Shown one piece after another: positions 10,487 to 18,994 of a DNA stretch of 64,000 nucleotides. The number at the start of each line of letters is the position of its first letter. The first letter of the stretch is position 1. The DNA lies in NCBI GenBank assembly GCA_038204335.1, contig JBBRDA010000001.1, forward strand, positions 12,468 through 76,467. Reading direction: 5' to 3'. Source of the DNA: Burkholderiales bacterium (GTDB lineage: Bacteria > Pseudomonadota > Gammaproteobacteria > Burkholderiales > Burkholderiaceae_C). The position numbers and the translations under genes were made by a program. The notes under the pieces were generated by a model that worked only from the letters and a program-made list of their open reading frames with translations, did not search any database and was not told where the DNA came from.

Positions 10487-11365
10487 TTAGCTGGATTTCT
10501 CACGCGCCAACTCACGAGGGGCGACGGATGAGGCTTTGACACCACTGCTCGCAATCGTTTGCTCGAACATTTTTTCCATCTCTGGGGCGGCTTGCAGCAG
10601 TCGGTGCTCCGCCAGCGGCATGTGCAGTGCGGCCCGCAGGAAGTAGAGCAGTCGCACCCAGCCGGGTACCCAGATTCGTCGGGCGCGGCGCTCTATACCC
10701 TTGATGATCATGTCTGCGGCAAGCTCTACCGGCATGGCGCGGCGCATCGCCGGCGGCATGGTGTTTTTCAGGCGCACAAACGCAGGGTGCAGATCGCCTT
10801 CGGTGACCAGCGGAGTTTGAACCCACGACGCGTACACGGTGCCCACGCCAACACCGTGCGCTGCCAGCTCAATACGCCAACTGTTGCACATCGCTTCAAT
10901 GGCTGCTTTGGATGCGGCATAGCTTGAAACCGAGGGCGGGTGTGCAAAGCTCGACACCGAGGCTGTGGCCAACACATAACCACGCTGAGCCATCACCGCC
11001 GGTAGGGCTGCACGCACAATGTTGAGCGTGCCAAACACATTGACTTCAACGCAGCGCTTCCAAGCGGGTAGGTCCGTCAACCGCAACGGGCCGAAGGAGG
11101 CGATGCCGGCATTGGCCCAGACCACGTCGATACGGCCATGCAGCGCGAGCGTTTGCGCCACGGCAGCATCACAAGCGGCATAGTCGGTCACGTCAACACA
11201 AAAAGAAGCAACACCGAGATCGGCTGCCGTAGCTTTTAATTGACGGGCATCGCAGTCAAGCAGCACAGGCAGTGCGCCTTTGGCTTTGAGCGCCATGGCA
11301 GTCGCCGCACCCATGCCAGACGCACCGCCACTGATGACGATAACCAGCCCACTCACACTGGTCAA
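10487..11365 (-). CDS. Classical short-chain dehydrogenase/reductase (SDR), last gene of the crtADC transcription unit
   Basis: SGGASGMG (TGxxxGxG-type), NAGI and YAASK catalytic motif. The start codon directly abuts the stop of the upstream membrane ORF. Confidence 0.8.
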   Translation of the reverse strand: MTSVSGLVIVISGGASGMGAATAMALKAKGALPVLLDCDARQLKATAADLGVASFCVDVTDYAACDAAVAQTLALHGRIDVVWANAGIASFGPLRLTDLPAWKRCVEVNVFGTLNIVRAALPAVMAQRGYVLATASVSSFAHPPSVSSYAASKAAIEAMCNSWRIELAAHGVGVGTVYASWVQTPLVTEGDLHPAFVRLKNTMPPAMRRAMPVELAADMIIKGIERRARRIWVPGWVRLLYFLRAALHMPLAEHRLLQAAPEMEKMFEQTIASSGVKASSVAPRELAREKSS

Positions 11366-11845
11366 TCAGAGCCCCTTGATGATCATCAAGTAAACAATCG
11401 GCAGCGGCACCAAGGTAGCAATCGCCCCGCTGATTTGCCAAATGCGGGAAAGCTTCAAATACTGAGGTGTGATGGCTTGGTGACGCTTGAGAAGTACGCG
11501 CTGGCGCAGCTGAATCGGCACCAGCACCAGCGCCCAGATCAACCCCGACAAACCAAACAGCATGTACGACCAGGTGATCCAAGCTTGCGATGCAGCGGGC
11601 GCACCAATGTAGCGGTGCGCCATGAGAGACCCGGTGTAGACCACGAGCAACGCCCCGGTGAGCGTGAACATCAAATCAGTGATCAACACCAAGCGGTTGC
11701 TAAACGAGATGACTTCAAAGTTGCGCGTGCGCTCTGCCATAAAGGCCCAAGTACCACTGACCACCACGTTACCTAAAAACAGGCACGCAGATAGAACATG
11801 CAAGACTTTGACGGTGTCGTTGGCGACCATGGTCACACTCCCCAC
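11366..11845 (-). CDS. Small integral membrane protein (4 predicted TM helices, possibly DUF2269-like)
   Basis: 159 aa hydrophobic ORF. GTG 11845 overlaps the crtC stop, or ATG 11830 lies 2 nt after it. Confidence 0.6.
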   Translation of the reverse strand: MGSVTMVANDTVKVLHVLSACLFLGNVVVSGTWAFMAERTRNFEVISFSNRLVLITDLMFTLTGALLVVYTGSLMAHRYIGAPAASQAWITWSYMLFGLSGLIWALVLVPIQLRQRVLLKRHQAITPQYLKLSRIWQISGAIATLVPLPIVYLMIIKGL

Positions 11846-13071
11846 GCCCGGCGGGGCATGCGCCAGGGCAACATCAGTTGCACCGCGCGGCTTCTCAAGC
11901 GCTGGGGCTCTAGCGTCTCGTGCATAGCAGTCACTGGCTCACCCAGCAAATGGGTTTGTAGCAAGCTACGGGCGTAAAACGGGGTGTCTTCCAGCGTGTC
12001 TACCACTTGGCTTGGGCTGGCAGAGTCCGCGCGAATACCCCGGTTAACCCGCCACAGAGTGCTGGGCAGCGCTTGGCGTTGAGGTGCGGCTTGAAACGAC
12101 TCCGATGAGCCGTCGGGTTTGAAACGCTCGGCCAGCAGCGTGCTTGAACCGTTGGTTTGCGTCACGTCGTAAATCACGGCGGTGCTCCCGTCTGCCATGC
12201 GCGCGCGTGACCAGTCCCAGGTTTTAAAGGGCACGGTGACCGGCTCGTCACCCTCGTTGCTGTCAAGGTACGCGTTGCCTTGCCAGCGCAGGCCGGGTTT
12301 GGCCAAATCGACCTCTACCCGGGCGCACGGGGCAATCGGCCCCCAACGATGTTTGCCTGCATCGTCAAGTGCGTTTGAGTAGTTGCACAACGCCTCGGCG
12401 TAGACGCGCACCGTACCGCGAACGCGTTGCGGGATGGGTACGCTGATTTCATTCAGTTCAATCTGCAAATGGTCGCCCCGCCACTGCAATTGGCTGGGGC
12501 CTATACGCAGATGCTCAGCATCGCGCTGCACGCTGCTTTGCCCGCGTTCGGTCATGGTCCAGCGGCGGCTGCCCGGCCCGTACAGTGCGACGTTGATGGC
12601 GCAGTGGTTTTCAGCTTTTACTGAAGCACCCTGCTTCGTAAAGGCGCTAGCGTAGTACGGTGAAAAAACGCTGCCAACAAAGGCGATGATGCTCAGGGCG
12701 TACTGGCCGTCGTCACTGATGGCGTCAACATACCACCAGAGATACGCACCCGGCCCAACGGCTTGGTTGAAGCCAGGTGTGCCATCACGGTGGCGGCCGC
12801 CAGTTGGCCCGACAGCGCCGCCATCGGAACGCCCGGCCCCGGGTGAACGCTGCCCCCCGCCAGGTAGAGCCCCGGCAGTTTGCTGGCTGAGCTCGGCCTT
12901 TGAAACGGCGTCATCCAACCGTGCGATGCCGGGCCGTACAACGCTCCGCCCGTCCCCGGAAACAGCTGGTTGAAGTCCGCCGGCGTGGTGACCACTGACT
13001 GGGCGGTAGCCGTTGTCAAATCCAGCGCCAGGCCACATTGGCCCAGCAGCTTGAGGCTTTGTTCCTGACAT
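11833..13071 (-). CDS. crtC: Carotenoid 1,2-hydratase (hydroxyneurosporene synthase) CrtC; start uncertain (ATG 13071, ATG 13038 or TTG 12918)
   Basis: CrtC hallmark YLWWYVDAISDDGQYALSIIAFVGSVFSPYY. GGAG SD 8 nt before ATG 13071. The 5' part overlaps crtD out of frame. Confidence 0.8.
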   Translation of the reverse strand: MSGTKPQAAGPMWPGAGFDNGYRPVSGHHAGGLQPAVSGDGRSVVRPGIARLDDAVSKAELSQQTAGALPGGGQRSPGAGRSDGGAVGPTGGRHRDGTPGFNQAVGPGAYLWWYVDAISDDGQYALSIIAFVGSVFSPYYASAFTKQGASVKAENHCAINVALYGPGSRRWTMTERGQSSVQRDAEHLRIGPSQLQWRGDHLQIELNEISVPIPQRVRGTVRVYAEALCNYSNALDDAGKHRWGPIAPCARVEVDLAKPGLRWQGNAYLDSNEGDEPVTVPFKTWDWSRARMADGSTAVIYDVTQTNGSSTLLAERFKPDGSSESFQAAPQRQALPSTLWRVNRGIRADSASPSQVVDTLEDTPFYARSLLQTHLLGEPVTAMHETLEPQRLRSRAVQLMLPWRMPRRAWGV

Positions 13072-14294
13072 GATTGGATCTCCGAAACAGTTAAATATTG
13101 ATCTGCGCCTTGGTCTCCCACCGCAGGTGCGTTAACCAGGCACAACAAGCGTTCATTGCCACCCAGGTCTTGCGCGTTATCGGTACGGTCTTGCGCACAA
13201 ACGTAGACCGTACCCCGAGTGGGTAACTTGTGCCGCTTAAAAATCTCATCAAACTCAAGCTTGTAGTCGTCGTCAAAAAACACGTTATGTCGGACGAGCG
13301 GAAAACCTGATGTTTTGGTGTTGACTGACCAGGTGATAGCTGACAGTGAGCGCTTGGACAAAGGCGTATTTTTTGCTGCGTGTTGAGCGTCATCACCTAA
13401 CAAGCCTTGCGCTAGCGCACTGGCATCGCCATTGAAAATAACCGCATCGGCTTGAAGTTGCTCGCCACCTTCCAGCTCGACACCGCAGGCGCGGCCACCC
13501 TTTACCAAAATGCGTTTGCATGGGGATGCGTAGCGCAGCGTTGCGCCCTGACGCTCCGCCTGCGACGCAATCGCCTTGGCCAGCGCGTGCATGCCACCAT
13601 CCACGGACCACACCCCGTCAAGCTCAACATGCGCCACCAGCATCAGCGTGGCAGGTGCATCCCAGGGCGATGCGCCGCAATAGGTCGCGTATCGGCCAAA
13701 CAACTGGAGCAGACGTGGATCATGAAAGTAGTGGCCCAGGGACTGCCAGAGCGACGCAAACGGCCCCAAGCTGGCCAGTGCAGCCAAACCGCTAGCGCCC
13801 AAGTCGGAGCCCATGCCGGCAAGGCTAGGCCGCGACGAGCGAATGTACGGACCTTCAAGGTGGTTGTAAATATCTCTGGCTTTTTGACAAAAAGCTCGAA
13901 ACCTCTTGGCTTCATCCGGCGAGCTGAACTGGGCAATCGCATCTGCTGAGCGGGACACGTCAGTGAACAAGTCCAAACGCTGGTCAGTGCTGCGCCACGC
14001 ATGGCGGCACAAAATGTCCAGGGGTTCAAGCTTGACCACATCGGCCAAGTTACAACCTACTTGGGCAAAAATCTGTTCAAAGACCCAGCGCATGGTGAAA
14101 ACCGTGGGGCCTGAATCGACCAACGCGCCACCCACATTGATCTGCCGCATTTTGCCGCCGGGTGTGGCCGCTTTTTCAACCAGGGTCACGCGCACACCGC
14201 TGTGCGCGAGCAGTAGCGCACTGACCAGGCCGCCCACTCCTGCACCCACGACGACGACGTGTTTGGTTTTGAGCATAGCCGCGTTAGTCATCAA
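12693..14294 (-). CDS. crtD: Hydroxyneurosporene/methoxyneurosporene 3,4-desaturase CrtD
   Basis: CrtI-family FAD fold VVVGAGVGGLVSALLLA, C-terminal GGSVHPGPGVPMAALSG and a conserved-looking tail. ATGA overlap with the crtA stop. Confidence 0.85.
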   Translation of the reverse strand: MMTNAAMLKTKHVVVVGAGVGGLVSALLLAHSGVRVTLVEKAATPGGKMRQINVGGALVDSGPTVFTMRWVFEQIFAQVGCNLADVVKLEPLDILCRHAWRSTDQRLDLFTDVSRSADAIAQFSSPDEAKRFRAFCQKARDIYNHLEGPYIRSSRPSLAGMGSDLGASGLAALASLGPFASLWQSLGHYFHDPRLLQLFGRYATYCGASPWDAPATLMLVAHVELDGVWSVDGGMHALAKAIASQAERQGATLRYASPCKRILVKGGRACGVELEGGEQLQADAVIFNGDASALAQGLLGDDAQHAAKNTPLSKRSLSAITWSVNTKTSGFPLVRHNVFFDDDYKLEFDEIFKRHKLPTRGTVYVCAQDRTDNAQDLGGNERLLCLVNAPAVGDQGADQYLTVSEIQSCQEQSLKLLGQCGLALDLTTATAQSVVTTPADFNQLFPGTGGALYGPASHGWMTPFQRPSSASKLPGLYLAGGSVHPGPGVPMAALSGQLAAATVMAHLASTKPLGRVRISGGMLTPSVTTASTP

Positions 14295-15028
14295 CCGTAG
14301 TGCTGGCCACGCCAGCTGCCGCTTAAGCTCAGAGGCACAAAACGGGCAAACATAGACTCAGAAAAAAACCCGCCGGCATGGGCTGCCTGTATAGCCGCCA
14401 AATGTGCACCGGTGCGAGCGTAGGCGTTCATCGCGTCAACGCCCGACCACAAACTGAAAGTCGCTTGACGGAAAAACGGCGCCTCGCCAACGCCCGTGGC
14501 CAGCAGGCAACCGCTGGCTTGGTTGAGCGACACCTCGCTGGCCGGCTGCATATGCCAAAAACGCTTGGCCGATAGCGGCTTGATTGAAGCGCGGGTGAGG
14601 GTAGCAATCGGTCCGCTAACAGGAGTAGCTGCGGTCACGTCGATCGAGCGCCCGTCCCACGACCCTTTGCACGAATAGGCGCGAAGCTTGGCGGTACAGA
14701 ATTCGCGCGACCGGCTTGAATATGAGCGGGCGATGGGAGATCCCAAAAACATGTCTGCTGCCGCTTCATCAACAAACAGACAAAACAGCGCTTGGCGCGA
14801 GCCGCTAGGCCGCAAGCCAAAACCACCATCAAAACCGCTGCCCATGACTTTAGAAAATACCAAGCCACTCACGCTACCCATAAAAAAGCGCTGAATCACA
14901 AAGCGCGCATAGCCCCACAGGCGGTACGCAGGGTCAATATCAGCCAGCAAAAAAACAGCCACCTGACCGGTTGCGCTTTGCGGCGCAACGGGCGAGGTGG
15001 CTGATTGAAAAGATGGAGTGTGCGGCAT
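14291..15028 (-). CDS. crtA: Spheroidene monooxygenase CrtA
   Basis: 245 aa. Pattern LTRASIKP...FW...GVGEAPFFRQATFSLW...FSESMFARF resembles CrtA of Rhodobacter and Rubrivivax. Located beside crtD. Confidence 0.75.
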   Translation of the reverse strand: MPHTPSFQSATSPVAPQSATGQVAVFLLADIDPAYRLWGYARFVIQRFFMGSVSGLVFSKVMGSGFDGGFGLRPSGSRQALFCLFVDEAAADMFLGSPIARSYSSRSREFCTAKLRAYSCKGSWDGRSIDVTAATPVSGPIATLTRASIKPLSAKRFWHMQPASEVSLNQASGCLLATGVGEAPFFRQATFSLWSGVDAMNAYARTGAHLAAIQAAHAGGFFSESMFARFVPLSLSGSWRGQHYG

Positions 15029-15104
15029 ACAAAAAGTGACCGCGCACCACCGAATAAATTGTTGACTACAACATCCTCAGTGGGGGCTCAGTGCTGGGTT
15101 CTGA

Positions 15105-16304
15105 CTACTTGCGCAGCACCTCGACTTTGTTGGCAGATACCAGCGCTACCGCTTTACCGTCAGACTTACTTTCTGCTTTGACTTCAGGCTTGGCGGGTAT
15201 TGCGGGTACGTCTGCTGTTGGCACAGCTGGCGCAGCAGCAGGTGCGGCTGGATCAGCTGGTTTTGCAGACGGATACATCGCAGGGTAATGTTTGGCCATA
15301 GCCGCACCATACAGTGGCTTGTAAGCGCCTTGGTGACAAGTTGCGCAGTTGGCCTTGGCGACGTCACCGGTTGGGCCAAGTCGATTGGCTGGGAAAACAT
15401 TTGTAATCGGCACCATGTACTCGTTGTTCAACTCACGCGCCATGCGAATGCCATACCATGCAACCGCGCGTTGTGGTGTGGCGTTGGCGCCCCACTCGGC
15501 AAACGCCTGCGTGTTGTGGCAATACGTACAGTTCACGCCAAGCGCCGTCGACCAATGCATCATGGTGGCATAGGTGTGCTCAGTTTGCTTGATGGAATTG
15601 CGATTGGCAGCTGTACCCGTCATCGCCAGCGCTTCTTTGCCATTGACCCGAATGGGTTTATTGTCAAGGAAATACGGTGTGAACGGATCGTAAGGCAGAG
15701 AGCTCAGTCCCGTACTTTTCGCCGCCCGATTTTGACCTGCATCGTTGCCCAAATTACCGCCTGCCGACTTCTGGGCAGCAGGTGCAAACCATACTTCTTT
15801 GGGAATGTTGTTTCCCCGGTGGCAGGTGTAGCAGGTGACGCCGGTTTCAGCCACGTGTTGCTTCCAACCCGAGTTGACCTTTTGGGTCATTTGCAGCATT
15901 TTGCGCGCAACGATTTTGGTGTACACGCTGTCGTCTGCAAAGTTACCCGCGACGTGGCAGTAGTTGCAACCCTGCTGCGGTGCTACCCACTCGGTGATAG
16001 CGCTCATGGTGCGTGCGAACTCGCCCACACTCAGGTCACCCAACACTTTGACGTTTTGGTAAATAGCTCCGGCTCGGGGCGTCCCAGGTACATCGACGAT
16101 GGCGTCTGCCGGTGTCGGCGCTTTGTTAACCGCCGCTTGGGTGGCCAAAATACGCGGGTTATAAACCTGCTCCATGGCCGTGCCGCGAAAGCCTGTCTGT
16201 GACACTGCTATCGGTGGACGTTCACAGCCCGCTATCAGCAGTGCCGCAGTACTTGCCAGCAGTAGTTTAAGTGTGCTGCTTTTAAATGTTGTACTCGTCA
16301 TCAT
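15105..16304 (-). CDS. pufC: Reaction-centre tetrahaem cytochrome c subunit PufC (lipoprotein)
   Basis: Four CxxCH motifs (CNYCH, CYTCH, CTYCH, CATCH). Lipobox LLIAGC. ATGA overlap with the pufM stop. Confidence 0.9.
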   Translation of the reverse strand: MMTSTTFKSSTLKLLLASTAALLIAGCERPPIAVSQTGFRGTAMEQVYNPRILATQAAVNKAPTPADAIVDVPGTPRAGAIYQNVKVLGDLSVGEFARTMSAITEWVAPQQGCNYCHVAGNFADDSVYTKIVARKMLQMTQKVNSGWKQHVAETGVTCYTCHRGNNIPKEVWFAPAAQKSAGGNLGNDAGQNRAAKSTGLSSLPYDPFTPYFLDNKPIRVNGKEALAMTGTAANRNSIKQTEHTYATMMHWSTALGVNCTYCHNTQAFAEWGANATPQRAVAWYGIRMARELNNEYMVPITNVFPANRLGPTGDVAKANCATCHQGAYKPLYGAAMAKHYPAMYPSAKPADPAAPAAAPAVPTADVPAIPAKPEVKAESKSDGKAVALVSANKVEVLRK

Positions 16305-17275
16305 GGTTTTACTCCCAGCAAAGCAGGATCAATAGTCGGCACCCAGACCGCCGGGTAGCTTGGTACCACATGGTGTTTAACTGACCACAGATACCAGTTG
16401 TCAACCACCGTGCCGGTCAGCAAGATACCGATACCGCCCACCAACGGGCAAAGTACCGCAAACCACCACGCCCAGCGGTGAATGGACTCCATCGACGCAT
16501 TGAAACCCATGGTCCAGCGCCAGAAAAGACCAGCTCTCTCAGATGCAGTACCGCGGTCAATGATCTGCTCAATCTCACGCTCGCCACCATATCGACCCAC
16601 TGCCAAAATTGTTGCACCGTGCATCGCAAAGAGCAACACAGAGCCATAAAGGAAAACAATCGACAGTGCATGGAACGGGTTGTAGAACAAGTTGCCATAT
16701 CGAAGGGACAAGGCGGCCGTCCAGTCGAGGTGCGGAAAGATGCCAAAGGGTACAGACTCTGCCCAGCTACCCATCAGTACCGGGCGGAAAAAACCAACCA
16801 CCAAGTACAACCAAATCGCCGCTGCAAAGGCCCATGCCACATGTGTACCCAATCCAAGCTGTCTTGCTCGACGGTACATTCGCGCCCACCACAAAATCAA
16901 TGAAATGGTCAGCATGAATCCAGCAATTTGCCACCAGCCACCGTCATTAAGTGGCGCAATACTCAAGCCATATTTGGGTGCTGGCGGCTCCAGCGCAAGC
17001 CAAAACAATTGACGAACCATCTGCATCGGATTCCAATCCACTTGGGCAAGCATATTAAAGCCCATGATGTTGAAAGCAAGCGTGCCAAACAGTAGCGATG
17101 CAAAGCCTAACCAACCCAGGTATATAGGACCAATCTGTGCATTGCCCAGCCGCCCGGCTAAGTGGACGAAAAAGGGCGTTCCGATACGCCCGGAATCCTC
17201 GGCGGGCAAGGGGACACCAGCCGATGCGGGTCCTGTGGGTTGTACGGTCGTGAAAAGATTTTGATATTCAGCCAT
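16301..17275 (-). CDS. pufM: Reaction centre M subunit
   Basis: 324 aa with typical PufM N-terminus [11 protein letters not shown] and five TM helices. Confidence 0.95.
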   Translation of the reverse strand: MAEYQNLFTTVQPTGPASAGVPLPAEDSGRIGTPFFVHLAGRLGNAQIGPIYLGWLGFASLLFGTLAFNIMGFNMLAQVDWNPMQMVRQLFWLALEPPAPKYGLSIAPLNDGGWWQIAGFMLTISLILWWARMYRRARQLGLGTHVAWAFAAAIWLYLVVGFFRPVLMGSWAESVPFGIFPHLDWTAALSLRYGNLFYNPFHALSIVFLYGSVLLFAMHGATILAVGRYGGEREIEQIIDRGTASERAGLFWRWTMGFNASMESIHRWAWWFAVLCPLVGGIGILLTGTVVDNWYLWSVKHHVVPSYPAVWVPTIDPALLGVKP

Positions 17276-17297
17276 GTTGTTTCTCCGCAGTATTTAT

Positions 17298-18125
17298 TTA
17301 ATGGCCCCAAATCGGCATGTTGAGCCACCAGCCCCACCATTCGGGCCAACCACGTGTCCAGAAAGGTCCACTAATGACGATGCAAAGCGCAGAAAACCAA
17401 ACCGCAGCCAATGCGAGGAATAGGCCCAAACGGTGGATGCCCAATGTACCCACTGAGTAGCCAATCACATCTCGGAAGAAAGTGTCTTCATGCTCAGGCG
17501 ATTTAACAGCCTGTCCCTTGCCTGGATTCGTGGCTGATAAAACCAGCGCGCCGTGCAGTGACAACGAGAGGGTTGTTGCGAAAAACAGAGTGACAGCAAT
17601 CATGTGCGCTGGGTTGTAGTGAAAATGCAAGTATTGGTAGCCAGTGTTGCTAACCCAGTCTAGGTGGCTATAAATGCCGTAGGGGAACGCATGTCCCCAA
17701 GAACCCATCAACACCGGACGAATTACTTGCAGGGTGAAGTAGGCAAAGATAGCAAATCCAAATGCAACTGGGACATGCAAGCCCATTCCCAATTTGCGAC
17801 AAATTTCAACCTCTCGGAGGGCCCACGAGACAAACGCTCCTAGTGCGCAAACCGTGATGACTTGCCACAAGCCGCCGGACATCATCGGCGCCATGCCCAA
17901 GCCGTTCGAAATGTCGGGTGGTGCGATATTGATTTGCCAAGGATTCCACGTTGGACCCATAGCTGCGCCCCACATGATCATGGCGGTGCCCACCAGAGCA
18001 AAAAACACTGTTGTTATTCCAAAGAAACCAACGTAAAACGGGCCGACCCAAAAGTCGAACAAGTCACCCCCAATCAGGGTGCCGCCGCGAATACGGTACT
18101 TTCTTTCAAAACTCAGCATGGCCAT
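17298..18125 (-). CDS. pufL: Reaction centre L subunit
   Basis: 275 aa with typical PufL N-terminus [35 protein letters not shown]. Confidence 0.95.
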   Translation of the reverse strand: MAMLSFERKYRIRGGTLIGGDLFDFWVGPFYVGFFGITTVFFALVGTAMIMWGAAMGPTWNPWQINIAPPDISNGLGMAPMMSGGLWQVITVCALGAFVSWALREVEICRKLGMGLHVPVAFGFAIFAYFTLQVIRPVLMGSWGHAFPYGIYSHLDWVSNTGYQYLHFHYNPAHMIAVTLFFATTLSLSLHGALVLSATNPGKGQAVKSPEHEDTFFRDVIGYSVGTLGIHRLGLFLALAAVWFSALCIVISGPFWTRGWPEWWGWWLNMPIWGH

Positions 18126-18193
18126 AATGGCTCCTCGAATCCGGTACGCGTGGCTAGACGCTCTCGGAAATAATTTGTTGTTCTAAGAGGTGT

Positions 18194-18223
18194 GCGAAAC
18201 AGGCTGCATCAGCCTGATTTCGC
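18194..18223 (-). promoter_or_regulatory. Intercistronic stem-loop in the pufA-pufL spacer
   Basis: GCGAAACAGGCTG / CAGCCTGATTTCGC inverted repeat (13 bp stem, one bulge). Confidence 0.5.
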
Positions 18224-18245
18224 TCACCGCATCGACGGCAAAAGA

Positions 18246-18268
18246 GCCGCCTTTATTTTGAAGGCGGC
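18246..18268 (-). promoter_or_regulatory. Stem-loop spanning the pufA stop codon
   Basis: GCCGCCTT / AAGGCGGC 8-bp inverted repeat with a 7-nt loop. Confidence 0.45.
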
Positions 18269-18444
18269 ATGGCTGCATTCTGAGCAGCCTTGGCAGCCTT
18301 CACCGTGTCTGGATGCCACGTGTTGAGGTTGTAACGATCGGTACTAAGTTGAACCAGATGGATTGAAGTGCTCGTAAAAGCAATGATCAAACCTGTGAAG
18401 ATGATCGCCTTGCGGGGATCAACAATACGCCACATACGCCACAT
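18253..18444 (-). CDS. pufA: LH1 alpha polypeptide
   Basis: MWRMWRIVDPRKA...SIHLVQLSTDRYN matches the alpha-antenna pattern (WxxFDPR..., IHxxxLST). AGGA SD upstream. Confidence 0.9.
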   Translation of the reverse strand: MWRMWRIVDPRKAIIFTGLIIAFTSTSIHLVQLSTDRYNLNTWHPDTVKAAKAAQNAAMPPSK

Positions 18445-18458
18445 AATATTTCCTTTGG

Positions 18459-18683
18459 TTAGTTGAGTTGAGAGATCACGGTGTAGACAGCAGACTTCAC
18501 GCTCTCATACATCGGTCGCGTCCCTTCTGCCCCTGGCAGCCAAGTACGCCAATCCATGAACATCATCTGGCCCATCATCGCAAGCGACAAAAAGACACAG
18601 AAGAGAACAACGTACAGGTATCGAAACTCCTTGATGGGAGCATCTAAAACACTGTCGGACTGTTGAGCATGTGAATAAGTCAT
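18459..18683 (-). CDS. LH1-beta-like 74-aa single-TM polypeptide lacking both conserved histidines
   Basis: Aligns without gaps to PufB (KEFR vs QEFH; GQMMFMDWRTW vs [11 protein letters not shown]). GGAG SD 6 nt before ATG 18683. The ORF-track 101-aa version overlaps pufB and was trimmed. Confidence 0.65.
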   Translation of the reverse strand: MTYSHAQQSDSVLDAPIKEFRYLYVVLFCVFLSLAMMGQMMFMDWRTWLPGAEGTRPMYESVKSAVYTVISQLN

Positions 18684-18705
18684 ATTTATCTCCGTGAGTT
18701 GGTTC

Positions 18706-18855
18706 TTAGAACCAGGGACGCCAGACCCACACCAAGCTGTGCGCAAGCAATGCACCAGCAGCAAACATCAGGTAGCCCTGGATGTAGTACTTGTGGAATT
18801 CTTGGCACTCTTGATCAGACAATCCCGAAGGAGTTGCGCTTTGATTCATAGTCAT
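18706..18855 (-). CDS. pufB: LH1 beta polypeptide (49 aa, below the ORF-track cutoff)
   Basis: Manual translation gives [57 protein letters not shown] directly upstream. Confidence 0.9.
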   Translation of the reverse strand: MTMNQSATPSGLSDQECQEFHKYYIQGYLMFAAGALLAHSLVWVWRPWF

Positions 18856-18994
18856 TTCCTCACTTAAAAGGCCTTACGGCCACTACCTTGCCCGAAAGCA
18901 AGGAACGAATTGCCACACCGCGAGCGTTTTGGCAAATTTGCGACCAGAAAAATCTGGGCGCTTGTACTGGCAATCAAAATCACAGCGGTGCAGG
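18856..18994 (-). promoter_or_regulatory. bchZ-pufB spacer / puf leader rich in hairpins
   Basis: On the - strand: CCAGATTTTTCTGG, TTGCCA-N14-TGGCAA, CCTTGC-TTTCGG-GCAAGG and GGCC-GTAA-GGCC. Confidence 0.4.

Noticed and set aside
15060-15073. TGTTGACTACAACA palindrome upstream of crtA as a PpsR site
   Set aside because: It is TGT-N8-ACA, not TGT-N12-ACA, and has no tandem partner. It is left as an unassigned palindrome.
15105-15330. ~50-aa Ala/Pro/Lys-rich C-terminal extension of PufC after the fourth haem motif
   Set aside because: Low-complexity tails of variable length occur in PufC homologues. I cannot judge novelty without alignments, so I only note it here.
18684-18764. N-terminal 27 codons of the 101-aa track ORF upstream of the beta-like gene
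   Set aside because: They overlap the 3' part of pufB in another frame. An ATG with a GGAG SD at 18683 gives a compact gene in the pufB-pufA gap.
18920-18950. TTGCCA-N14-TGGCAA and TGGCAAATTTGCG upstream of pufB as a sigma54 (-24/-12) promoter
   Set aside because: The GG-to-GC spacing is 7 nt rather than the 10 nt required, so it was kept only as an unassigned inverted repeat in the puf leader.
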